DNA from: Amphiscolops sp. MND2022
Taxonomy: Eukaryota
Reading direction: 5' to 3'
Assembly (NCBI GenBank): GCA_964187785.1
Contig: OZ076414.1
Location: 39,990,001 to 40,054,000 of the forward strand
DNA length: 64,000 nt
Below the pieces are notes generated by a model that worked only from the letters and a program-made list of their open reading frames with translations, had not been told where the DNA came from and did not search any database. Each line of letters starts with the position of its first letter. Position 1 is the stretch's first letter. Both the position numbers and the translations under genes were made by a program. Positions 26,370 to 37,334 of the stretch are shown here, piece after piece.

Positions 26370-28030
26370 TGTGTTGACCCTCTAATGGGGGCAACAAGTT
26401 TATCACAGTTGACCGGGATGTTGAAGCTTGATTTTCAATATCTTCATGATATACTTCTGAATTTTCAGTCCTGGGAGTTTGACCGGACAATGAATCTATT
26501 TTTGAAGATAGATTTTCAATCATCTTGAGGATTTCTCTTTGTCCAAACTCGGTAACTTTTGTCCTTTTATTACGGATTTTTCAATCTTTTCTGATATTTC
26601 AGAGAAGTCTCAGTCAGAAATGCTAGGCACGTTTTCAGTCTTTGGCTAGTGGTTTCAGGGTCACCTAGTGAACTAGATACAGAAGCTCTTCTTGCTTTTC
26701 TTTTAGACAATCTCTCAGGCATTTTGGCTTGGGATTTTCCAGAAAGCTAGAGATTATTCGACGAAAATGACAAAATGAAGACAGTTGAGACTTTTGAGAT
26801 TTATTGACTATCGAAGAACGAAGAAAACAAAATTGTTTTACAAGTAGGATTCAAATTTTCAACTCAAATTAATTGAAATTTTCCAGGTATATATACTTTC
26901 CGCATACGTGAAGCAGGAAAAATCCGCGATACTTTCACACCTCGTTCAGCCCGGCGTCCTTCCAAGGCGAAGAAACAGGAAGTTCAGTTCCGCTTTGTCG
27001 AACTCAGACTCTCAGTTTGTTCATTCTTTTCGGGGACAACAAGCGTCCACTTCCTGTCTGAGTTGGGACTCCGCTTCCCTTCGCCTCCAATTCCCGCCTC
27101 TTCGGAACGCCGAAGCTGAACAAAATGTCAAAAGTGAATCACTGCAAGCGCCCAAAGGGCGAAATAATGAAACAAAGCAACAATGAAAATAAGAAATTTC
27201 TCATATATATCCAATTAATTTAATCACTGCATAAACTGATGATCAATCCAGTTATGTTGATGGACCAACAACCAGAAATATAATTTCACTCACAACACGT
27301 TAGCAGCATTGATTGAGAGAGGGAGATGAAAATCTTGGACCTGGGCTGCGGTCCAGGACGATTAGGAAAATAAATAACTTCTCATAGTAAAAAAGCTGAA
27401 ATAGCAACACCTGAAATTTTACATGAAGCAAATAGTCTATGGGGCATTGTTCAGGGTACTGATTATTCCAATTGAACGAAAAATTGGCTTGAAAAAGGTA
27501 GCACAAATCATTTATAGTAATTAAATTGCGCGGATTGAAAATTCAGTTTCAGGCCAAGGTCTGGGCCGTGATTTCATATATTTATCAACTATACTTAGTT
27601 TACATGAATAAATAGCATCGTACTTTTCTTTCAACTATCAATCAATATTTTTAATCACTGTTATTAGTTGTTAGGCTCATTGGGAGGGAAAATTACCAAT
27701 AACATTTTCCATTTCGACAATGGATTTCATAAACTTTCCATTTCATGCCGCGTCCTAGGTCACGGTACATTGGTATTTTCAAATTTAGCACTCGTGTTCC
27801 TTTATTTGCACAATTGCCAGTATAGCGCTTTGTCAGTCATCTTTCCAACACTAAAAGTTTTACATATATTCGTTTTCAACTCGTTCGCATATTGGATTAA
27901 CGCGTGCCGTGCTTTCAGTTCTTAGGCCGCTTGCCAGGCCGACGCCTCACAGCTCGAATTTGAGGCCGGCTGCCAGCAGTTCCGCCATTAATTTCTCAGG
28001 TCGCCTGCCGCCTCGGTATTGGTTGGTACA
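26370..28030 (-). repeat. Gypsy 3' LTR (proposed 1.66 kb; could be longer)
   Basis: TATA palindrome GTATATATAC 26887-26896, AATAAA (minus) 26800-26805, gag-like ATG 26722. Homology to the 38915 copy ends exactly at the PBS junction. Confidence 0.7.
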
Positions 28031-28641
28031 CCTTCTATATATGTATTCTCCCATTTTCCTCCGTCGTCGACTGCGCTTGTTTCGTGGCAATTCTCACAGC
28101 TCAGCTGGGGATGTGACAGTCCTCGGCTTCTTTGCGCTGTCTCTTCTGGGAGAAGGAATTGGGAGACTAAGCGGATTGGTGTCTCCAATAGCGTTGGTAG
28201 GTCGTCTCTCATCGAATCGTATGACCTCCAGGAGGAATCTGTGTCCCAATTGCTGCCAGAGTAATATCCCTCCGAGCTGCTGTAAAAACTGATGGGACCA
28301 TGGAAGCCATCTTCAGGAATGGCCGGATTTCCTTGGTCAAACTGTCTGACTGGGCTTATGAAGGCATCATCAGGATTTTCCGGATTGTCCTGGGTGAATC
28401 GTCTTATGACTCCGTTTTCGTTCTCCGCGTTTGTAGTGTCGGTTGGCGTTTCTTCATGAACTAAGAGCACGTGTTGGTCTTGCGTCTTGATAATCTCGTA
28501 AGTAATATTAATTCGCGGTGGAATAAATATATTGTATTTATGTGGTGGTGTACTGGGCCTTTGGCTTGGCTGTGCTGGCAGGTCTCAGTCGAGAATAAAA
28601 ACATCGTCGTTTGTTTGATCATTCATATTTGTATTCTCCAT
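27988..28641 (-). CDS. Small acidic accessory ORF (copy B), in-frame TGA at 28585-28587
   Basis: 218 codons from ATG 28641. Same frame as listed ORF 27988-28470. TATA (minus) at 28769-28775. Confidence 0.55.
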
Positions 28642-28868
28642 TGAATTGCAATAGCGAGTTGGATACTACTCAATTTTCAGTACAACTGACTTCTGTCGCT
28701 TTAGGAAATTCGTTTCACCGTTTGCGGTAAGCTGTGAATTGTTCAGTCGGCAGACTGATTAACTCTCCTTATATAGTAGATAACTTCTAATATTATTATT
28801 TCCCTTGTTTTTACGCCACATCTTCATTGTGTTACCATTTTTAGTACTTTTTCAGAACGTTTTGAGAC

Positions 28869-31800
28869 ATGCGCTCCACCGAAGAGGATAATTCCTTGTT
28901 GTGTCAAAGTCAGGAGATCGGCTTGAAGGAGAGTGAGGCTGAGGTAGAGTCAGTCGTCGAGTCAGTGATCCGTGGAGAGGAGAGAGTGGATGGTAGTGGT
29001 GACACGGATGAGAGTGATGAGGCGAGTGTTGCTGGTAGTCAAGACGGAGAGGCTGTTGCAGGCGTAGTGGCCGAGACGACAGGACGTGGATTTGGTGAAA
29101 ACGATGCCACAGAAGATGAAATTGTTGAAGCGGATGTTGATAGCTGCCCTGAGAGTGGGTCCTACCGTTCTGCCACAAGCTATGGTCGTCATGACATAGA
29201 TTACGTGGCGAACAAGAAAGGTAAGCTTTCCTAGAACTTAAATGGGTGGCCGGCTCTTTCTAGTTTTGTTTGAACGCGTTCTTTTCACATCGACTTTCCG
29301 CAATTACTGATGATGATGAGCTTGATGAAAATTATTGTCCAAGCGCCAATACAAAGTCGCAGCACAAGAAGAAGAAGAAGTGTTGCTCCAGTCGGATGCT
29401 TTCAACGAGCAGTGTCCGGTCAGCTAAGCGTGTGCGATTGGCTGATGTTGTTGCAGGGGTCATTCCAAGGCCTCCCACTTCGATGGACAGCTCTGGCGAG
29501 GATTATGATCCGCTGACTATTTCTGCTTCTAGAACTCTTGAAAGTAGGTATACCTTCATCCTGTTTTCTTGTTTGTTTGCTGCATCATAGATCTGGTTAT
29601 TGATTGAAGATGTTCTGTTTTAGAATATGAAGAACTGTCTCGGTTATTGAAACAGAAAGTGATTGATGCCAGTGATCCTGGGCGTGTTTTGGACCCTGTC
29701 GAACTCAAAAACGAACGGCTTTTGGCTAGAGACGAGGAAGGCGCAAAAAAACAGACTGAGAGGCATAAACTAAAGCCACGACCACCCACCTGATACCAAG
29801 GCTATTTGTCAGTCGTCGGAATGATAAAAGCCCGAACGGCTTGAATTGCTCTGTGTGCCGGAAGGATGTGTCCTTCCTGTCCCGTGGGCCCCTAGGCATT
29901 TGGATGCACTTTAAGTGCAGAGGCGATTACGCAAAGGATCGGTGTTACCGGTTCGAGCACGAGGACTTCATCTATACTGAGAAGTTCGATGCCATCCCTG
30001 TTAGTGAAGTGTCATTTGAATTGCGAGCTGAGATCGAAAAGACGCCACCAGTAACTCTGATAAAAATGAAGAACTTTGTTGAGGACGAGGTGGATGCATT
30101 GGTTGGCGTCCCGTCCAATGTGCCCCCCACTATACTTGTTGGTTGTTTGTTTGAGCTTTTGAGGAGTGGTGGCTCACAGACGTTCGTTTCTTCGTCGTCT
30201 GTGCGTCAATTTCGTACCACACTTCTAGTCGATTGCCTAATCGTATGCCTGTGTTACCTGGAGCAAGTCTGAGACCTTGGTTGTGATTGTTCAGACCCTG
30301 TACCCACGCGTACTTCGTCGTTTGAAGTCATGGCTAGGTGAGAGCCCTTTTAGCTTGTCAGCGCAATCGTTATTCTACGGGGTGCGATTTACCGTCCGAT
30401 GCTGTCCCGATGACTCTTTGCGGGAAGTATGTCTCGTGGATGAAGACGTTGGAGTTGCTTCCTGTGAATCAGAAATTCGGTGTCTATCCAGCGTGTTGTC
30501 CTTGGCGTCCACTCGCCGTGGGCCTATTGCTATTCAAAACTGCCCTCCTGTATTATTTAACGCTTATGTGGATTGGTGTCGTTCTGTCGGTCGACCTGTG
30601 CCTGTTGTTGCTGCCATCTTTGACTCCGATCTTCTCCGTCGTTTAGTTCGCGATGCTAGTTCGGTGTGTGCTGGGTCCGTGGATCCCTTTGCAGCCATAG
30701 AGTATCTGGCATAACGTTTGAAGAAATTTTTTCACCAGGCCTGGCTTCTGAACTTGCCACAATTCCGTCTCTGCTTGGAGTCTGGGGTTGTTCCTTGTGA
30801 GACCTTGAGTGATGTATTGCAAGAGCTCCTGGACAATTGGTCCGATGTCAAAATGTGTCTATCGAACGATGTCTTGCTGATGAGGAAAAACATCAATGTC
30901 GTAGATCTGCATTACCTCCTGTGTTCAAACTGTTTGGGTCTGCCTCGACTAGCTTTGTTGGACGTTCTTTTGCTGTTTTCGTTCGAATTGCAAGAAGTTG
31001 TTTGAATCGGGAGTTACAGATTACACGAGCAGGAGTTTTCCTGATTTTTGATTTTTTTCTATTGGAGTTTTATGAGTAAGGTGAAAAAGATAAGCCAGTC
31101 ACCTTCTATCGACAATTGGTCTTACTACATTGACAAGCCATTGAACAGTTCGGCAAATGTGACTGCTTCTGAATGTCTGCAAGGACAACCCAGTTTCATG
31201 AAGGCACTGACTGGTCTTGACGAGGGTCCCGGCGGTCATTCCTCCGTGAATGTCTAGGATATTTATCAGAATTTTTAAAGGTTCTTGGTTCGTGCTCTTA
31301 CGCCAAATTTCGTGTTGCTCGATCGCTCAGTTGCTTGAGTGTCGACATGCTGTTGGGTGGTGACGCCGACTATGTCATGGATTTATTCCAGGACCTAGTC
31401 CTCTGTCTCCAGGAATCCGGGTGTCTGGGCGATGTGGAGCGGGATGCCGCAACAAACGAATTTAAATTTTTGGTTGTGGATTTACGTCAACGGTGTGTTG
31501 ATTGCTCACAGATTTCTGATGTGTTCAACTATTTGGAGGGGATTGAGAGTTACCAGTGTTGGGCCTATGTAAAGCAAATTGTGCAACTGGTTCGTGTGAT
31601 TGTTTGCCCTGCTCCCAAATCATTGCTCTTGTTGATATTTCCACTAGTGGGACGAGCTTGCCTCCGTCTGTGATTCGGTCAGGTCTCCGTGGTGTACAAT
31701 TGTTTGTGTTGCAGCCTAATTTCATGTCGTCTGATTTACTGTCTGTAGAATGCCTGGAGGAGTTGAAACTGAATCTGCCTAATGGACCTCATTTTTTGGG

Positions 31801-32068
31801 TTGTGGCTCTTTCAATCCATGGGCTGGCGTGAATCGTCATTCCAGTGAAGAGATCTACAGTAGTTTGTTTGAGTGCTACACTGCCTATTATTCTGGGCAG
31901 GTGGAGGATTGGAGGACACGGAAGTCGTCTGGTGCTGCAGTGCGTTCGGGCTCTACTGTTGGTCGTGTCTCTGCTGATTGTAGCCAGCCTGAGTCGTGTT
32001 CGTCATCTCAGGCGGGAAAAGGAAGTAAGCGTGCTGCGCGTCAAGGAAGTCATGTTGAACTCTTTTAG
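28869..32068 (+). pseudogene. Antisense, intron-containing ~1000-codon gene within the Gypsy element (acidic N-terminus, basic NLS-like tracts, CxxC..H Zn-finger-like motif)
   Basis: ATG 28869. Introns 29221-29303 and 29544-29623 restore the reading frame. KKKKK, RSAKRVRL, CSVCRKDVSFLSRG..WMHFKC. ORFs 29841-32068 are contiguous, broken only by stops and shifts. Confidence 0.75.
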
Positions 32069-32399
32069 AAAAAAAGAGTGTCGATGGACTTCTTGTTAAC
32101 TTTGTTTGATTTGTATTTCTAATTTTTGCTTCTGATGAATTATTATTTGTTTTTTCCGTAAAGTTCGGTTCCGCGTTTTGGTTTCACTAGTAAAAAAAGA
32201 AAAAAATTGGCATGCTCTGGTAGTATAGAGATATGTACAAAGGAGCAAAAAAATCGAGGCGGTTCAATGATCCGCAGGGTCAGTTAATTTAGTATTTAGT
32301 CTCTGTATCGTTTTCATCCAAGTTGTAGAGTAAGAGAGTGTGTGAGAGAGTCATTGTAGGTTGAGGAGATTTGAAATTTAGACGTAGGATTGCCGTCCA

Positions 32400-35300
32400 T
32401 GTCAGTGCCTGGGGCCAAACTTTGTATTTCTGAACCATCGTCCAGGTTTTTGTTCGAATTTGCAAAATCTGCAGAATTGACTTCTAGAGCGTTGTAGTAT
32501 GCATAGTCTGGTTTCCAGTTTGAAGCTGGGTTTCTTCGAAGATTGTAATGAGATTTTCGGGGGATTTAGGAACAGGTGCATTGTCGTCGGGTTCATCGGC
32601 AATATCTAGGGTTGGGTCATCTGCCTTGTTTCCTGGTTGGTTACCGATGTTTTCAGGTTCGTGCATCAAGTCGGGGCTCGATGAGCTGGGTGGGTGGTAG
32701 CCTTGTCTGTTTCTGGAGTTGGCGGTATCAGTTCGGGTTCGGGTGTCTATTTTCGGGGTGGGTAGGGTGTTCTTGGTGGAGTTCTTGCCAAGCCATTGCG
32801 AAGAGGTCGTCGTGTTGTATGGCTACCTCGGTATCCTGTTGAAAATCTTTAGGTGGGACTGAGATGTCAGGTAGTTTGTGGCTGCTTGCGAAGGGTCGTA
32901 ATCGGATTCTGTGCAGGATCTGTGTGAGGTTTGTTTGGAGTTTTCGTATGAGGTAATTATTGTTGGGTTCTGACCACGCTATATGGGTTTTGACCACGAT
33001 ATATGGTCCCGCCCAAAAGTATTCCCGAAACGGCAGTTTTGTCGCTTGGCTGTGCGCCTTTGGATGTAATGCATAGCAGTAGTCGTTTACTACCAGTGGA
33101 TGTGCTGATGCTTTTCTGTCATAATAGCGTTAATGACGAATATAGGCTTGCATCAAAGCCTGCTGACTCTGGTTGACGATCTGTTGTGTTTGTTGCAACA
33201 CTGCCTCAGCTAGTTCGTGATTGATTGGAGTAGTGGGTGGTGGTTCAAGACCGTACTTCAGGTCGAGTATGTTGTAAGCACTCTTCCGTAAAAAACTCTG
33301 CTGGTTTCGCATCCCAGGGATGTGTGGTATGAGGTAGTGTAGTTCAATCCTGCCATCGGTAGGAATTGGTGCCACATTGTGCGTCTTTCTCCCGTCATTA
33401 TTTTGAGACTTTTTTTAGGGAGGCATGCGTCCTTTCCAGGATGACTATCGTCTGGGCGTGTTTTTTGGTAGCGTGTTTCAGCTGGATTTCCAAGATTGCG
33501 GTGGTTTTTTGCATTGCTTCTGATGTAAATTGGGATCCTTTATATGTTGTTATTGTTGTGGGTAGGTAGCAATGCCTGGTTAAGATGTCTGTTTGAACCC
33601 GGGTGACTGTTTAGGTATCATATCTAGCAACGCTTTATGCAAAGAGATATCTGGAGAACACGTCCATCGCCGTAATGACTGCGCTGTAGCTTGCTGATGG
33701 GTCGTCAAATGGTACTATTTTCAATTCAAGTGCATCTTCGGGTCCCATTGCTATTTTTGACAAATCAATCAGCGGTGGTGTAATGGTACTAATGGGTGTC
33801 CTTTTAGTCTTGGTGCTTTCCATGCATTGCGAGATGTGGTTAGCTCTTCTGGTGGCAAACCCTGGGAAGTATTACTTCTCGCGGCATTGTTGGATTGTTT
33901 TGGCTATTCCTGGGTGTTTTCCATATTTGCCATGGTGGTGTTGGATGAATTCGTTGACCAATTGTTGAAGGAGCAGCACTTGTGAGTATTTCATTTTTCC
34001 GGTATCTCCAAAAATTTGTCTGTACAGAAGTCCGTTTTTGATGATGATTCGGTCCTCTTGGGCTAAGTATTTTGCTGCTCTGGGGTCATCATTTAGAACT
34101 TGGCTGTCATATAGCTCCTTCAATATTTTGAGTTTGAGGTTTCTGAGGACGGGGTCCTGATCTGGGTGTGGTCTCAGGCTGCGTGGAAAGTTTATATCGT
34201 GATGTAGCTGGCGCCTTTGTTCTTGTTCCGGGTCTTGGATGTTGTTGCAGACTAATGGTAAATTCTCCGTTTGGGAGTTCGTTTTGTTTGTATCGGTTTG
34301 AGGATCAGTTTGTTGTTCTTGGGGATTGTAGATTTTCTTTCGGGTTCGTTGTTTTCGCTCCCAAATGTCCTTTTCTGTATCAAAGTTGTCTTTCGGCAAG
34401 AAGTAGAACTGGTCTTCTTCGTGTATATCGGCGGATTGGATATTCACTTGGATTGGCGTTGTTTGGATATCTTCTCTTGTTTGGAGGAGGACTTTTTCTT
34501 CGGGGCTGATATCCAAGCGGGAGAGGAAGTCCGCCGCTGTGTTAATTCTCCCTGGTACATGGGCGATTTTAAAGTGAAATTGCAGCACGATATCCCAGGC
34601 GCTCCAAAGGGAGGGTGGAATCATTTTGATTTGAAAAAACCTGGTGACTGATTGGTTGTCCGTTAGGACAATTGTTGGCTTGGAGGAGCCCCACAAGATA
34701 TAGCTATACTCCATGAAGGCAAAGTGGATGGCTAAAAAAATCCTTGGCATAAATTGTTATTTTCAATTGTGACGGAGAGCCAAATGCCAGTGGAGCATAG
34801 GTTTTCTTGGTAGAAGTTATTTTCTGATCCGGGTCCTCCTCGGTCATTAAGGCGTATTCTGTATTCTTGAAGTTGGCATCAGTCAATAGTGCATACTGCC
34901 GGTTTGGCAGTGGCTGTTTGAGCCAAAGCCCACATGCGTTGTCTAGCGACTTGTTGATGGCTTCAAAGTTGGTTATAAGTTCTTGGTCTAATTTTGCTGG
35001 TTTGTCCGACTTGATGAGTTCATGAAAAAAAAGCAATCTTCTCTGATAATCGGGGATTGTAACTTCTACAAATCCGATGTATCTTTGACGTCTTGTCTTC
35101 GTTCGGGGGGAATTTGATGGTCTGTAGGTATTTCTGGATCTTGTGACTCTGGTGTGCCACACCTGATGGGGAGATCGTCCACCCAAGGAATTCGACTTCC
35201 TTGTCGCCGAACAGATTTGGCCATTGTGAGCCGGAGTCCTGCTGCGCGGATGCATTGGGAGACCTCTCTCAAATTGTTTTTCAACTCCTCAGGAGTGTTT

Positions 35301-37330
35301 GTGGCAATTCCGATGTCATCCACGTATTGGGCACATTTGTCCGCCTTAATGGCCTTGTCTAGATACTCCCTCATGAAGCTTGAGAACGATGACAGTGAGC
35401 GACTCGGCCCCTGGGCCAACCTGAGGTACGCGAACGTCCTGCTGGCGAAGTTGAATGCTAGAAGTTGGACTGACTTCTGATCTGCCATCTGCAGTACGTG
35501 ATAAGCTTGTGAGCAATCAAGCCTACAAAACAACTTCTTGCCGGCGAGGTGCTGCGCTGCATCTTTTAGCGTGCTGACCGGATGATTATTGTTAATGTAA
35601 TCAACGAAAATCAGGTTATTGATCTTTCTGAGGTCTATTAGGAGTCGCAGTCGGCCGTTCGACTTGCGCTGATTGAAGATTGGGCTGGCATACTTGCTGA
35701 ACGGGAGGGTTGTTATGATCCCAAAGTAGTGCATTAAGGCCAGTTCAACTGTCAGGTCCTCGTTTATGTTGATGGGGCAAGGCAGGCTCTGTGCGTAGAC
35801 TGGTTCGTCTGTTTTCGCCGTGAGTTTAATTTTGAAATTGTGGTTGATTCCAATGACCAGTCAGTGCTTTTCCAAGATATCATTGAATTCTATTATTATT
35901 TCTCAAATGTCTTGAAGTTTTTCTGAAAGTTTTGAATCGTCCCATTTGAAATTTTGAAGGAATGCTTCTCGTTCTTTGGCACTGTTGTTTGGGTTGAGTT
36001 TCTGGATCTCCTCCAACTGTTTAATTACTCTCAATATTCGGCTTTGGATCGGAGTGTGGGTATTAGGATCTCCGGGATTGTCTGGTGTGGGGAACCAGAA
36101 ATTTTGATTACTGGACGGTTTATCGGGAGTTTTCAGAAGTTCGTTGATGTATATTTTTGCGTCTTCTGAATCATCCTCAGTGAGCACTTTAAGTGCTGCC
36201 GTGTTGAGTGGTTTGAGTTCTTCTGCTTCTTCTGGTGACATGATTTTGAACTCTGCAACTGTTGTATTCTTTTTGAAGGTGTAGGGCGTGGGGGTAGTGT
36301 TGGTCACCCTGACATCAATTTTTCGGTTTGAGGCCGTTGATATTGAGCTAGCTAACACCAGGGGGTCACCGCTGCAATGGTTGGTGGCTGGGTTGATGAC
36401 ACCGGTTGTGTCGATGGTGGATGATATATCCGTGTAGGCGGCGATTGTCTGCGTTGTCTCAGGTGGGATGGTGAGTGGGTTCTTTCCTTGGACTTTGCAT
36501 AGCTTCCTGTGCGGGTATATTCACCGGTTTCAATCGAACATGTTAGGTGGGGGAAGTTTAGCAGGCCCTGACTCACGTCCAGGATAGCGCTGTTTTTTTT
36601 TGAGAAATGTGAGGCGGAGTATTGGGCCTGTGAGACGTTTGGCGACGATAAACGTTTCCTCAAAGTTCTAGTCCCCGATTTCGAATTGGAGGATTGTCGT
36701 TTTGGTGGGGGTTTCGAGGTCGCCATTTGCGACTTGAAGTTTGAAAGGGGTGGATCCAATTTTTAGACTATGTCTTTGGGAGATATTTGGAGGATTTTGT
36801 TATAGTCCGTTTCGGACATACAGTTGACAAGAGCGCCGGAATCAATGAGTGCGTCCAGGGTCAGGTCCTGGAATTCCATTGGGGCGAATTGCATTTTCTT
36901 TTTCTTTTTGAGTGTCACCGCTGAGAAGATTGGGATGCTTTCTTCTTTAGTTACAGGGTCTTTGGTGAGGTATTCTGCAATCTGAGCAATGGGGTAGGAC
37001 TGGGGTTCGTCCTGTGTTGGTGTGTCGTTTACAGCACCTGAGGGGGATTCAGATTGCATGTTAGTTGCGGCAATCATGATGGGTGGAGGGTTCTCGACCT
37101 CATTTCCGGACTGCCTGATGATAGAGGAGAGAGGGGTTAATGTCCCTCTGTCTAGATGATTTATGCTCGGGTATTCTGCAGTCTGGTCTGCGGGGTAGGA
37201 CCAAGCTTCGTCCTGTTGAGGTGTGTCGTTTGCAACACCTGATGAGGATTCAGGCTGCAAGTTAGTTACGTCAGTCGTATTGGGTCGGGAGTCCTCGACC
37301 TCATTTTCGGACTGGCTGATCTGGGAGGGG
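32400..37330 (-). pseudogene. pol: Gypsy pol (protease, RT, RNase H, integrase), fragmented
   Basis: ALIDSGA (36763-37260), RLLIDLRKIN..LDCSQAY..YVDD (35066-35734), LLTDA and VLTDNQS, HHHG..HPG..C Zn finger, MDVFSRYLFA. Confidence 0.93.
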
Positions 37331-37334
37331 GGCT

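Noticed and set aside
27318-27340. Plus-strand purine tract GAGAGAGGGAGA-TG as the PPT of an oppositely oriented LTR
   Set aside because: It lies inside the repeated LTR body with no matching end or TSD.
27909-28292. Antisense ORFs overlapping the small accessory ORF, gag or pol (e.g. 27909-28292, 34168-34651)
   Set aside because: Shadow frames of real coding sequence, started at non-ATG codons.
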